64,000 nucleotides of DNA from the NCBI GenBank assembly GCA_964106915.2, contig OZ066916.1. One strand, given 5' to 3'. The translations under genes and the position numbers were made by a program. This document shows positions 15,201 through 26,900 of the stretch, piece after piece; within the stretch, counting starts at the first letter, position 1, and each line of letters starts with the position of its first letter. The stretch comes from Podarcis gaigeae. Lineage: Eukaryota. The notes beneath the pieces are model-generated. The model was not told the origin of the DNA. It searched no databases and was given only the letters and a program-made list of their open reading frames with translations.

Positions 15201-18200
15201 TAAAAAGCTTACAGTACCAACATCAGTTCGCAATTTTTAAAAACAAAATCTTGATTTCATTCACAACACTTTCCTTGTACTTGGTGAACAGTGAAGGTGA
15301 TAATATTATAATTAATGTGTTGATTAAATTTGCTACTGATGAACAAATCCTCTTGCAGCAGCTGTGATGCAGAAAACCAGATGCTATCCTTTAATAGCCA
15401 ACCACTTCCCACCCTCACCATATGAAGTAAGAAAAATAAGTGGAGTGACTATGAACAGGGATAGGGTTGAGCAGAAGGAAGAGGAACATGTAAGGGCTTG
15501 AGCAAATGATGAAGGGAGAGAATGAAGAATCAAAAGACATTTAAAAATGCAAGGCCAAGTTATTTTTCTTCCACTCTCCTCTGCCATTTTGTGTGGGTCT
15601 CCACTGGTAATAATGTGCAACTTATGCATTGATTCACTATACTCAATCATCATTTTTTTTTCAACTTTACAAGCGAATTGTGACTATTTTACACATTATG
15701 AGCCAAGAATACATATATTTAACTAAAGATAGACATCTAAAAATGCACAAAACAGAGTTGTCGGTTTCATTTACTCAGCACAATTTCACCAATTTCAAAA
15801 GAAATCATGCCAATTTACATGACACATCTCTAGCAATATTGTGCAACCATTGACCATTTGGGTACAGTAGTTCGGACTGATGTTCTCTTCAGAGTCTGGA
15901 GGTCAAAACATTATCTTTATAATAAAGTTATTGCTTATTTTCATATGAATAAATATTATTAGCATAGATTTGACCAACATAGCACAGGTATTGCCTAGAG
16001 TCCAGGACCAACAATTGAATGATAGTGCAGGACATATAGGGATATATTTCTACATGATTCTGAATCATACATATTCTGCTCTTTATATAAAGGCACACCC
16101 AACTCTAGGCCATGTTTCCATATACCTTTATGTCATTTGGCAGGCATTTCATTTCTTTATTATCTCCAGAAACCTCACCCGAGCTGAATGAAGTATGCCC
16201 TGTTACTTTGCTGTACCAGAGAATGTTCTGTGTATGTATGCAGTTTACGCAAGTTAAAAGTATCAAAAGTCACCGACAAATGTGACAGATTTAAATAATT
16301 TATGGTCTGCTTCCCACACATTAAGAGAAGCTGAAACCTTCTTTACTCCAGAAACAGTATTTAGAAGATAAATTAAGGTCACCTAAATGTAACACCAAGA
16401 TAAGAACATTTCCTCCAAAACTCATATATATGTTTTAATGGTATAACTAATATGTGTCAATATTATCAAATGAGATTACCTGGAATTATGAAGTGGTAGA
16501 ATTTTTCCATCAGTTTTTGAATAAGTTGATTAGCTTTTTTTATTCTGCCACCACCATCACTAAGGAATTCTAGCTTGCTTAAGCCAACTTCAAGAAGATA
16601 CATTCCAACCTGTGAATGTAATTTTTAGATGAATTTTGGAACGTGCAAGAAAAGGAGAAAAAATGTGAGAAAAAGATCATAAGCTTATTGGTGACTAAAC
16701 TGGAATTCTAAACTTGCTTACCCATGAGCAAACCCCCCCCCCCACTGAATTTAATAGGACTTACTTCCACGTAAACAGGGCTAGAATTGCAGAGTTCATA
16801 GGTGACCACTTTGGCAACTTGTGGCTGAAGGACCAAATGATATGTTTGTGGGAGATCCATTATTAGATTTTCCATTATAATTATTTTCCCATAAGCACAG
16901 CCATGGATCAAAGCAACAATACGCAAGGAAAACAGTCTACCCAATGCCTAGATGCCTTATTTTATTTTTTGCTTGCTTGCTTTTATGTCCCACCTTTCCT
17001 CCAAGAAGCTCAGTGGTTCTCCATCTCTCCATTTTATCCTTATAACAACCTTGTGAAGTAGGCTAGGCTAAGAGACATTGACTGGCCCAAGGTCCCCTAG
17101 TGAGCTTCATGGCTAGAACCCTGGTCTCTCAGCTCTTAGTCAAAAACTGTAACCAATAAATCCTTCAGCCAACTGCTGTTTGAATTATGCCCAAAATCTA
17201 GATAGCAGACAGTGCAAATAAGTGACATTTACAACTCTGAAAATAATCCTACTTCCCTAATAACATAAACCTTCAGGTGTGAAATGTCAATGCTCTCTGT
17301 GGGAGCCCAAAGTCCATCAGATGTAAGCCTTAGTCAAGCATAAATTGGGGATTCTACATGTAATCCTGATTATAATGTAAACTACAGCTTCCTGGATACT
17401 AGGATATGCTAAACTAAATCTTACCAAAAAAACTACCTATAATGTTCATGTTGTAGGCAAGCATTTGGCTTACTTTTAATATTCATTGGACCAATCTTAC
17501 ATTGCAATCCTACACATATTTAGGATTATGTGCATAATGAACTCAATGGAATTTAATTCTGAATAAATATGCATGACAATATTGTTAATGCAAATAGAGA
17601 CAATTCTCTGAAAATCAAACAGAAAGGGTACTGTTTGAATCATATTATGGTGCTGCCAGATGTTCACGTAATATGTTAATTCCAAGTACGAAATAAATGG
17701 CTTATTCTTAGCAGTTAGGAAGTCTTATTAATTACGTAAATCAAGTACCTTTAAGCACTGGCCATCTCCGGATCTTTGACAAAGTACAATTACTCTCTTC
17801 TTTTGCAGCCACATCAAGTCTTCTAACATTTCATTATTTAAAGATGATTCAACTAACACGTCTTCTTGGTAAGTGTTCTGTAATGACTCTTCCCTCTCAT
17901 CGTTCTTTGCATGAATACAGATTCGCAAATGATCACTAGGTTCTGCTCTCATCAATGTAAAACTCTTTTTATGGACATTCTCACTTAGTTGTTGACCAGG
18001 AAGAGGTTGCAGAATGAACTCTCCAAGTAAGGTTTTCCAGTTAGAATCAGAAATATAAGGAAATATCACAATATTTAGCTGTATGGATATAGAAGTCAAG
18101 AGATGGCAGGAATCTTCTGCTTCATCCAAAATGGTTGAAATGCTCAACGATTTTAGGTTGTTTACTTTGAGCGTCGAAACTTCATCAGTGCTATCATCAT

Positions 18201-18375
18201 TTATAACAACATGTGTTGTAAAAGATGAGCTTGTACCTGCAAGAGGTTGGTCTTCATCCACTGCATCCAAATCTATCACTTCATTTTTACAGTCATCATG
18301 CATATTCCAGCAGAGCTGCTTCTTTTTCTCATCATTCATCCTCGATGGAGGAGCACGCTTTCGACGGCCACTCAT
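138..18375 (-). CDS. SHPRH: SHPRH E3 ubiquitin ligase / SNF2-family helicase, 5' part (14 coding exons; 3' part lies beyond the window start)
   Basis: Manually spliced exons 18375-17749, 16609-16480, 14899-14681, 13548-13470, 12815-12665, 11324-11219, 10198-9942, 8931-8251, 7646-7395, 6361-6283, 4525-4362, 4271-4015, 1545-1424, 226-138. Phases are consistent (3213 nt). Contains SNF2 motif [14 protein letters not shown], linker-histone H15 domain, PHD finger, motif II LDEAQ, motif III SGTP and [10 protein letters not shown]. Confidence 0.97.
1329..1352 (+). repeat. (TC)12 microsatellite
   Basis: Read directly from the sequence. Confidence 0.9.
1424..1545 (-). CDS. SHPRH: SHPRH coding exon 13 (STMTMEELL...GLAGIHIIK)
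   Basis: cag| acceptor; G|GTAAAA donor; 122 nt. Confidence 0.93.
4015..4271 (-). CDS. SHPRH: SHPRH coding exon 12 (IQIPAQTED...[11 protein letters not shown]...LQK)
   Basis: tag| acceptor; AG|GTTAAT donor; 257 nt. Confidence 0.95.
4362..4525 (-). CDS. SHPRH: SHPRH coding exon 11 ([10 protein letters not shown]...KDVIDQ)
   Basis: tag| acceptor; CAA|GTAAAC donor; 164 nt; followed by a 90-nt intron. Confidence 0.95.
5025..5160. mobile_element. hAT-type MITE (palindromic)
   Basis: Near-perfect inverted arms CAGTGTTGGCCAAACTTGGGTCTCCAGCTGTTT...; 8-bp TSD TCATAATC (5017-5024 / 5161-5168). Degenerate relatives near 22555, 23540, 30730, 31430 and 63590. Confidence 0.88.
5700..6010 (+). mobile_element. 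L2/CR1-clade LINE fragment
   Basis: Translates [14 protein letters not shown], a typical L2-like ORF2 C-terminal motif; degenerate. Boundaries approximate. Confidence 0.65.
6283..6361 (-). CDS. SHPRH: SHPRH coding exon 10 ([26 protein letters not shown])
   Basis: tag| acceptor; G|GTGAAT donor; 79 nt; motif III SGTP. Confidence 0.95.
7395..7646 (-). CDS. SHPRH: SHPRH coding exon 9 (VYQG...[11 protein letters not shown]...TAK)
   Basis: cag| acceptor; AAG|GTGAGA donor; 252 nt; Walker B DEAQ. Confidence 0.96.
8251..8931 (-). CDS. SHPRH: SHPRH coding exon 8 (PHD finger and motif Ia)
   Basis: tag| acceptor; TTG|GTAAGA donor; 681 nt; CICG...[15 protein letters not shown]...[18 protein letters not shown]. 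Confidence 0.95.
9942..10198 (-). CDS. SHPRH: SHPRH coding exon 7 (linker histone H15 domain)
   Basis: tag| acceptor; GAG|GTAACC donor; [12 protein letters not shown]...[13 protein letters not shown] is an H1/H5 globular-domain pattern. Confidence 0.94.
11219..11324 (-). CDS. SHPRH: SHPRH coding exon 6 ([10 protein letters not shown]...KVHYP)
   Basis: tag| acceptor; A|GTAAGT donor; 106 nt; bridges phase 0 to phase 1. Confidence 0.88.
12665..12815 (-). CDS. SHPRH: SHPRH coding exon 5 (helicase Walker A: [13 protein letters not shown])
   Basis: cag| acceptor; GAG|GTGAGA donor; 151 nt; translates [35 protein letters not shown]... Confidence 0.96.
13167..13241 (+). mobile_element. CR1-type 3' end fragment
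   Basis: GCAGGGGGTTGG...GACCCTCAGGGTCCC...ATTCTATG, matching the end of the 19 kb CR1. Confidence 0.65.
13470..13548 (-). CDS. SHPRH: SHPRH coding exon 4 ([11 protein letters not shown]...YYNPFTG)
   Basis: cagtag| tandem acceptor; TG|GTAAGG donor; 79 nt. Confidence 0.92.
14681..14899 (-). CDS. SHPRH: SHPRH coding exon 3 (DILEEDEEE...[13 protein letters not shown]...PTN), GC donor
   Basis: tag| acceptor; Q-motif LRPYQ; ends AATG|GCAAGT, the only nearby donor that keeps frame; 219 nt. Confidence 0.9.
16480..16609 (-). CDS. SHPRH: SHPRH coding exon 2 ([18 protein letters not shown]...FIIP)
   Basis: cag| acceptor and CAG|GTAATC donor; 130 nt; open in the expected frame; not in the ORF track. 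Confidence 0.92.
17749..18375 (-). CDS. SHPRH: SHPRH first coding exon ([10 protein letters not shown]...QCLK)
   Basis: ATG at 18375; donor AAG|GTACTT after 17749; 627 nt, phase 0; likely acceptor ttacag| just upstream of 18404. Confidence 0.93.
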
Positions 18376-19006
18376 TTTTATGTTTCACTAGCAGTATTTG
18401 ATCTCTGTAATACAGATTGACATCCATTTACATTTCTGCATGGATTAGTATGCTTTGGTTTATTAACAATAAAGGCCTGATCCAAATGTATAGGTAAGAA
18501 TCCATAGTTTATTGAACAGAGAATGAGTGCTGTGTCCCATCTCCTCTCTCTCTCTCTCACCCACCCACGAAAAAATATTCTGGGGTTTGATCAGAAACTG
18601 TGGTTTAATCTCTAACTGCAAATGGTTTTAAGGCAAGAATGATAAATAGTAGCATGTGAAGGAGCCACAACACTTGTCAAAATTATATCTAAAATGTAAG
18701 TCCTGAGTAAAAAGTAAATATATCTTAATCAGTTTATGCTTACAACAACAATATTTTCACAAGTTAAATATTCTTCCCTCCAAATTTGTTTTCTAATTCT
18801 AAATATAATTCAAAACATTACCATCTCTAAAGGGTGAATTCACCAGTGGATCTGTACCCTTCATCTCGAAATATAAGACTAGTTAATTATGAAATGGTGT
18901 TATTTAAAAATAGGCATGTGATTACAAATGGATGGAGACCATGCACCCAAGATATAGTCTAAATCCCAAGATTTATGGTTCCTCGTCATCCTGGAAAAAA
19001 GTGACA

Positions 19007-19706
19007 AGTGGTTCTGTTCTGGGCCCATTGTTGTTCAACATCTTTATAGGATGAAGGAATTGAGGGGATGCTCATCAAATTTGCAGATGACATCAAACTG
19101 GGAGGGGTAGCTAATGCCGCAGAATCAAAATTCAAAATGACTTTAACAGATTGGAGAACTGGGCACAAGCTAACAAAATGAATTTCAATAGGACGGGGGG
19201 CACCTGGCTTACTAGCAGTGCATGAGAAAAGGATCTTACTCAGACCATACTTGACATACTGTGTCCAATTCTGGGCACTACAATTTAAGATGGATGTTGA
19301 CAAGCTGGAACATGTGCAGAGTGTGCAGAGGGGGTCACCCAAGATGATCAAGGGTCTGGAAACTAAACCTTATGAGGAGCACTTGAAGGACCTAGGTATA
19401 TTTAGCCTGTAAAAAAGGGGTATCACATGGTGGAGGAAGCATGCTTGTTTTCTCCTGCTCTGGAGGGTAGGACTTGAACCAATGGCTTCAGGTTACAAGA
19501 AAGGAGATTCCAAATAAACATTCGGAAAAGCTTTCTGACAGTAAGAGCTGTTCAGCAGTAGAGAGATGGTGGACTCTCCTTCCTTGGAGGTTTTTAAACA
19601 GAGGTTGGACGGCCATCTGTCATGGATGCTTTAGCTGAGATTCCTGCACTGCAAGGGGTTGGACTAGATGACCCTTGGGATCCCTTCCAACTCTAAGATT
19701 CTATGA
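19007..19706 (+). mobile_element. CR1 LINE 3' fragment with internal deletions
   Basis: RT motif KFADD (AAATTTGCAGATGAC, ~19077), [11 protein letters not shown], and terminal CCTTCCAAC...ATTCTATGA. Confidence 0.88.
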
Positions 19707-20789
19707 ACATGAGAGACTTGCTTTAATCACCAAGTTAATATGACAACAAGGACACATGAATACCTGCTGATTAACAACTTAAAAAACCACAACCCTGTTC
19801 CTCAGAAAGCTTATATCTGGGCATTCATTCAGAATTTGCCTTATGCCACCTTATACGACAACACACCCTCATTGCCTTAAAGCTAAAATATTTGGACAGA
19901 TGAGGGATGGAGGCAGAGATGAGGGATGCAGGCAGTATTTTTATCTCTTCGTGAAAGGACTATTAATGTTGGTAGCACTACATGACATTTTGTCTCAAGG
20001 AGGAAATCAGCCACACAATCAAACTTATTCCAAAGGGGTAGTTGTGTTACTCTCTTGGAGCAAAACACACCAAAAGCCTTATGCATCTTAAAAGATTAAC
20101 AAATTAATTACAGCATAAACATTTATAGACCACCATAATAAATTTGACGGTCTTTAAGGTGCCACAAGACTCTTTGTTGCATATACTATCAACCATATTT
20201 GCACTTAACAAATGAAAGCCATGATTAATACATGTACATCAAACAAAGAAGTTATGCCACAGATACAAACTAAACTTGATACATATTTATTTGCATTAAG
20301 AACTCTGGGACCCATCTGTTACTCAGGTCATTTAATCTACATCAGCTGACAGGAAGTGAGGTGGGCAAAGAATTCTTATGTGCACATTCAAAACCATGTA
20401 ATCTGGATTCCTTACTAAACTACAGTTTAGTAACTACTGCTACCATATTTCAAAGTGGAGTAGACACTGGGCAAAGACAGTGGGGTATTCCCCTCCTTCC
20501 ACCTCACTGTATGCTTATAAACAAAGAAGTTACAAATATTCTACGATTGTTTCCAACTACATTATCAGATAAATCACGAATATAATAAGCTCTGGCTGTA
20601 CATGCACATGACATACCAGAAAAGGATTTTTTGTTTCTTGAAGGAGAGAGAAGATTAGCGTGCTCCTCCCAACAACTTATAAGAGGGGCTGTTGGGGGTT
20701 GGGGAGAGTGAGATACAAAACCGCAAGAGAATTATTCATTATATTTTGCATATTATAAGAATATGCAGATAATAGGGATACCAACAAGG

Positions 20790-21400
20790 CCAAGGCGCCG
20801 GTAACAACGCCCCCCAAATTAAGGCCTATTGCACGTCATAGACCAACGAAGAAGCTGTCTCTCCCTCTATATATAAAACTATAAACACACACGTGTGTGT
20901 AAGCGACAGGTGGGGGCGAAGCCACTAACTGCAACCTCCCACCCGCTGCTTCTTCTCAGCCTGACGCACCTGAGAGGGTTGGAATCAGCTCCTTGGGGCT
21001 CCTCCCCGGCTTCCCCTTCTGGGCCCGGCGGCGGCGAGGCTGGCAGAAGAAACGAGCTCCTGAGCAGCTCCAAGGAGCGCAGCGACCATCCTTGAACCAG
21101 GAAGAGGAAGACGAAGCGAAGGGAGGGTTGGGGGAGGGGAAAGCCAAACAACAAGAAGAAGATTCTCCCCTCAAAGTTCACCCGCCGGACGGAGGAAGGA
21201 GGCGGAAGCCGAGAGTGACGCGAAGGCCCCGCCCACTGCCCCTCTCGCGCTAGCACGCGCCTGCCCCCCCCCCCCACAACGGCAGGGAAGCGCTGGCGAA
21301 TGTGCGCGTGCGCTGTGCATTCTTTTCTCTAAGCCGTGTTTCTGCGGGGAGGACAAACGGAGACGGTTGCGGAACAGCTGCTGTAAGACCCGGTCCACAC
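20790..21400 (-). promoter_or_regulatory. SHPRH: CpG island / SHPRH promoter with probable non-coding exon 1 (about 21200 to 20970)
   Basis: Sharp rise in CpG and GC content. GC box GCCCCGCCC (~21226), ETS-like CGGAAG (~21203 and ~21369 variant), NRF1-like TGCGCGTGCGC (~21303). Minus-strand donor CAG|GTGCGT after 20970. Confidence 0.8.
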
Positions 21401-21554
21401 AGATTAGGTTGCAGTGATGGGTTTAACCAAGATTATTTGGGTTGGTCTTGAGGTTCTGCGAAGGTCTTGAGCCTTATTTTAAAATTATTATTTTTACAAA
21501 AACCCAACCCCTGCCTTTTCGACTTAAGTTAGATGCAACTTTTTAAAGATCTTG

Positions 21555-21670
21555 TAGTGCGGCGAGCACTTTGGAACTCCTTGCCTATTGAAACCAGGCA
21601 GGTGCCTTCACTGTACTCTTTTCGGCACCTGCTGCTAAAGACATTTTTGTTTAGGCGAGCCTACCCATGC
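21555..21670 (+). mobile_element. L2-type 3' fragment
   Basis: LWNSLP...LLKTFLF motif typical of the L2 ORF2 end. Confidence 0.6.
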
Positions 21671-23857
21671 ATTGTGTGCTTTTATATTATTAGTGCTTTT
21701 AATTGTCTTAATTGTTCTTACCAATAATGTGGTGTGTTTTTATTTGTTTTGGGAAATGTTTAGGATTTTTTTTAAAACAACAACAGCAGCAGCAGCAGCA
21801 ATGAATCTATATAGAAATTTTATGAAACATATAAATAAATAAATAAAATTGGGGTTCCACAGCAAAATGGATCCAACAAGCCAGAAGTTTGCCCACCTTG
21901 GTTCATAAGAGGAAGAGAAAGCAGGTCAGCTGGCAGAAATAGCTCTTCCTTTTGCCTGTTTCTGGCTCCCTGCTGCTGAGCCAAATCCCTGCTGCTGCAC
22001 CACCCAAAGAGAAAGGCCAAGCAAACAAAGGGAAGCAGCAGAAACCATCCCTGGCTGAGCGATCCTAAGGAGGCAATGGCTGCTGCTGCCCTGAACCTAG
22101 AAAGGAGGTGGGTAGAAGACTGAGGACGGCAGGGAAGCATGCAGGCAGGCTCCTGCCTCTTCTCTCTTGCCCACCCTTGCTGGTGCCCACCTGTCAGTCA
22201 TGCGGTATCATCACAACAAGCTGAATAATATTTTTGCAGAACTGAAACTGCAGTGGAATGGAAGCAGTGCTGCATGCACTGGATACAGAGCAAAATGGAA
22301 GATGATGGATTATCACAAGTAGACGCACATCCAGCAACAGATCTAGGAGAAGTTCCAATAGTAAAGTGTCCGTGCAAATGCGACCTTGGTAGAACATCAA
22401 GGGAACATTGCAGGAATATTACGGTGGGGTTGCAGGTGGACATGATGTCACAAGTACTATGACCACCTTGCTGCATTCAGTAAGTTTCACTAGTTAGGAG
22501 CATAGCCTTATACTGAGTCAAACCATTGGTCCATCTCGCTCAGTATTGTCTGCCTCGTCCCTGGCCATTGGCCATGCTGGCTGGGGCTGATGGAGTCCAA
22601 CAATATCCGAAGGGCCAGATGTTAACCCCCTGTGATCTGCACTTACTGGCAGTAACTGTTCAAAGGTTCAGACAGGGAATATTCCCAGTTTTACTTGGAA
22701 ATGGTAGGGAATCTTGGGTTTCTGGCATACAAACCAGAAGCTCTGTTGCTAAGCTACAACCCTTTCTGCAGTTACTGAATAGGAACCATTAATTTTACAA
22801 GTTGAATTCAACTTTTAATAATTTCTTTTTTTAAAACAACAACACCTTAATGAAAGATTAGAAGACAAATACAGCTAGTTAATGTTGACACTACATAACT
22901 GCAGTGAGCCAACACACTCGGTTCTCCCCCAAAGAAGGCGTTTAATAACATCTACCTGTCTGCTTCAGTAGAACAGCTTTGACACCTTTCAAGGCTCACA
23001 GGGATATGGCGATAATTATTTAATTAAAGTGTGCAAAAGCTTGTGAAGATTTGCCGACAAGAACATAGCCCAGCATAAATCAGATGTTTTACTACAGCAG
23101 ACTATAAAACTATTCAAGCATAAAGTTGCTGTACTTAAGTTTCAGATCAGTGAAGAGATCAACTTTATATAACCCAGTGGGGAAATTACCTCCAGAGGAT
23201 TTTACACCTTCATTTCCTTCCTCCAGTTTAATTGTTTATGTTGTATACTAACACGCCAGACATCACAGAGGATTTCCGGCAATGTTCATAATGTTCTTTT
23301 ACACTAAGTAATGATCCTGTATGGCTGGTCTGAGAGTGAAAGATCCAGATTATTTGGGGCAATGTTACTTAGTGGGACACTTAAGGCTTTTCAAGATGAC
23401 CCTAAAGGTGGGTGTATTGCTGTGATAACACAGAGTAATATACACTGATGGAGCTTAACTTGGTAGGGTGGTAGGGCATGTCTGCTTTGTGGCTTTTCAG
23501 TACCCATCTCATTATATATAAATATTTCAAAGTATATAGGGGTGAGGAACCTGTCACCATCCAGATGTTATTGGACTCCAACTCCCATCAGCCCCAGACA
23601 ATATGGCCAGTGGTCAAGGATGATGTGAATTGTAGTACAACAACATCTAGAAGACCATAAATTTCCTATCCCTCGTATAGAGGATTTCACTGGTAGTTGA
23701 CTCTGTGATGAACAGAGGCCAAAATTCTTTCAGATACACAGACAATCAACACATGTGCCCACACTGAATTTCTATCCCTTATTTGAAATGTCTTTGCATA
23801 TTGTTATTAATACAGAATTTCCCTGTGGTAGCTTCTGGCAGGCAATAGCTCTGTCTT

Positions 23858-23943
23858 AAAGGTAAAGGGACCCCTGACCATTAGGTCCAGTCGTGACCGA
23901 CTCTGGGGTTGCAGCACTCATCTCGCTTTATTGGCCGTGTCCC
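23858..23943 (-). mobile_element. Internally deleted Sauria SINE
   Basis: First ~80 nt match 58447-58528 and are joined directly to the opposite terminus CGTGTCCC. Confidence 0.8.
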
Positions 23944-26900
23944 TAGCTACTAATTTGTCTTTTAATGCTGGTGAAATGCCATATGCTATGACAATAGGGG
24001 AGTTCAGATAAACATTAAAAGAACATGTGAGGACCTTGTTGACAAGATAGGCCTGATGTCAACACACCCAGTGGCTCCATCCTCACCACCCGCATGTCCT
24101 ACATGTGTGAGAAGAAGCTCTCTGTGTAACCAGTATATGCATGCAGAGAGGCTACACACATGGCGATCCAAATGGGCCCAGGATTTTACTCCCAGATTAT
24201 CCTTAATTAACTGCATGCCTGACATCCGCAATCATGGGATCCGCTGTTCACCATGGCGGCAGCACCGGAAGTGATTCCTATGAATATTTGAACCCCATAA
24301 TGGTGCTATTACGATTAGGATAAAAATTCCATCCTTCAGTCTGAAAGTTTTGGTTTAAAAATTAATTCACTTTGAGCTAAGTGAAAAAGAAAGAGTACTT
24401 TAAAGGAAGGCCTTATATCTAATTAAGTGGTCCTATTTCATTTCTGAAATAGCAATCATGATTTCATTAGGTGAAGAGTTAACTATCTCTTAAGCAGTGT
24501 GTGTGTTTTATGCTCAAGAGCATTTTGGCTTTAGATAACTGAAATACTAAGCCAGTCCATAAAGTGCCACTGGAAAGCATTTTATACCCCTGAAAATGGC
24601 TGCAAAGCCAATTTAAATTCTCTGGAGTCTGTGGCTGCTCAGTATACATGTCACTGTTGTGAAAGGAGCAATATATTATTCCAGTAGCTGCCAATTTGGA
24701 ACACCCTAAGGAGGGTGTAGTATATTACTCTGCTAGCTGTCAGTTGGGAATACCCCAGAGACAGAGAGGGTCTGCTTCAGATTGTGAAGGAAGATACCAT
24801 TTTTAAATGTTCCTTTATATTTTTAAAAAAATGATACCTTCACCTGCATTTTGAAGTGGTACAGTCCATTCTATTACCCCAGAGTTTTACCACTGAATTC
24901 TGCTGCATAAACCAGGCTAGATAATTGTCCCTTAATGGTGGTTTCTCTGGACAATGATCAATTTCCTCCTCACCTCCACCTATCCCTGAACACTAAAACA
25001 AAATTCTTCAACTTCCTAAACTTACTCGCTAAATGTGTCAAAAATGTTATGGTGTCATGTGACTCAGGGTTTCTCAGGGACTGAGACTGGATGCAAAGGA
25101 TACCTTCGACTGTGAGGAGGATTCTCCCTCAGAACCAGTCTTGGTTGTTCCTGTCTCCTCAGGTGTTACATCACCAGAGGAGCAGGTGATGCCTGCACTT
25201 CTGCAGTCCCAAGAGGTCGCACTGCCTTTCTCAGACTCTGAGGGTGACAGCTCAGAGATCATGGAAGAATCATGGGCTGCTCTGAGCTGCCAGAGTCAAT
25301 GGCTCCCAAACAAGATTCCAACCACCAGGGGCGGGGCTGGCTACTCAGTGGAAGCTGCAGTCCAGTTAAGGCTAAATCTGACTTTGCTGGTTGTTGGAGC
25401 AGCATTCAAGACCGTCTTGTCAAACTTCCAGTCTAGGTGATGTGGAGCTGTCCAAGGTGCTAACTGCCTTTGCCTTGACCCCTTATCTGCTTTTGCCTGA
25501 TATTGCTTATCTGTACTTAACTGCCTCTGCTTTGTCTGACTTTGAATTGGCAGATTTCTGCTTGACCTCAGTGAAGGACCCTCAGTGAGAAACAGTGTGA
25601 ACATCTCCCAGGGTGAGAAACTGGGAGAGAAAAGGAAAGCTCCCAGGCGAAAGCTCAGAGTGTCTGTTGTTTTCTGTGTGGGGCTGGGATTAAGAGCGAC
25701 TTTGGACAGAGAGACAATTGTGAATTTGTGCACTATTTTTGTATTTTAGATACCTGGCTGATGATGTTCTCCTTCCTTTTCGTTTGTGCTGTTGCTGTTA
25801 TGAGTATCTGTATTTTATCTTTTTTTAAAAAAGCTATATTCCATTACGTATTTTTTACGACAATTGTAACCATTTTGATTTTTATATTGTACAGATATTA
25901 TGTTATGTATTGACATTTGTGTTCTGTGTTTTAAACTACCTTGTGCTCTTTCATCAAAGGGTGGTATATAAAATACACATAATAAGGGCGATGTGTGTGT
26001 GTGTGTGTGTATAACAATACTAATAATATCAACATCAATAGCAAAATAACAACAATATAGTATATATTTGAACCGGCTTCTCCCATCCTAGCATGACACC
26101 ACACCACACTGATGCTATGTATGGGTTGTGCCCATAATTAATCTTAAATGCATAAAAACATTGTGTGAGTTAGCTAAGCTCATATTATTCCATCTCCACT
26201 GTGGTACTAAATCCATTTTCTCTCAAAAAAATTCTCTTCGGCTCTGTACAGGCACCACACAGGTGTCTTAACATATTTTTCATGTACAATAAAAATGTGA
26301 ACAGACTGAGTTTCTCTTCTGCTGTCAACACAGCACTGTGCATTCTGTGTTAATGTCCAAAACACTTCCTCCGCAGCAGCACCCCGTGATTCTCTTTCAG
26401 GAACATGACATGAAAACATCATGTCTGCATGACATGAAAACATCACAAGTCTGTACATACTCCCTGGATGGGATTGAAAGGATTTATTTAGGTATGTTTT
26501 AAAGCTTCCGTTTGGTGCTTCAGACAATTGTAGATGGAAGATTATATTCAGTGTAAGAGGCACCAAAGGCCACTGGGAGGCTCCTAGGAAGAACCTTGTG
26601 GCAAGGGGGTAGCCAGCCTGGCCCCATCCGCTGGCCACAGAAGGAGCTTGCTTTCTCCTCCATGCCAGAAAGAACACTCCGCTCCAACTTCCAGTCTGCT
26701 TTAGTATTGCAGAAGCAAAATGAGAGGACGTTCTGGCCCCATCCATTGAGAGCCATCAACTGCTATTCAAGCAAGAACACTGGCCAGCGTAGATCAACTA
26801 TAAATTGATGACTATAAACAGGTGACTATAAATGCCTGGTTATGGCCTACTGCTTCAGTCTGGCCTTAAGGAGTTGATGTTCCATTTCTCTGCTTTTCCA

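Noticed and set aside
20879-21398. Several overlapping ORFs in the GC-rich region
   Set aside because: Stop-codon scarcity in the CpG island; no recognisable protein.
26404-26453. 24-bp tandem duplication CATGACATGAAAACATCA...
   Set aside because: Simple local slippage duplication with no further structure.
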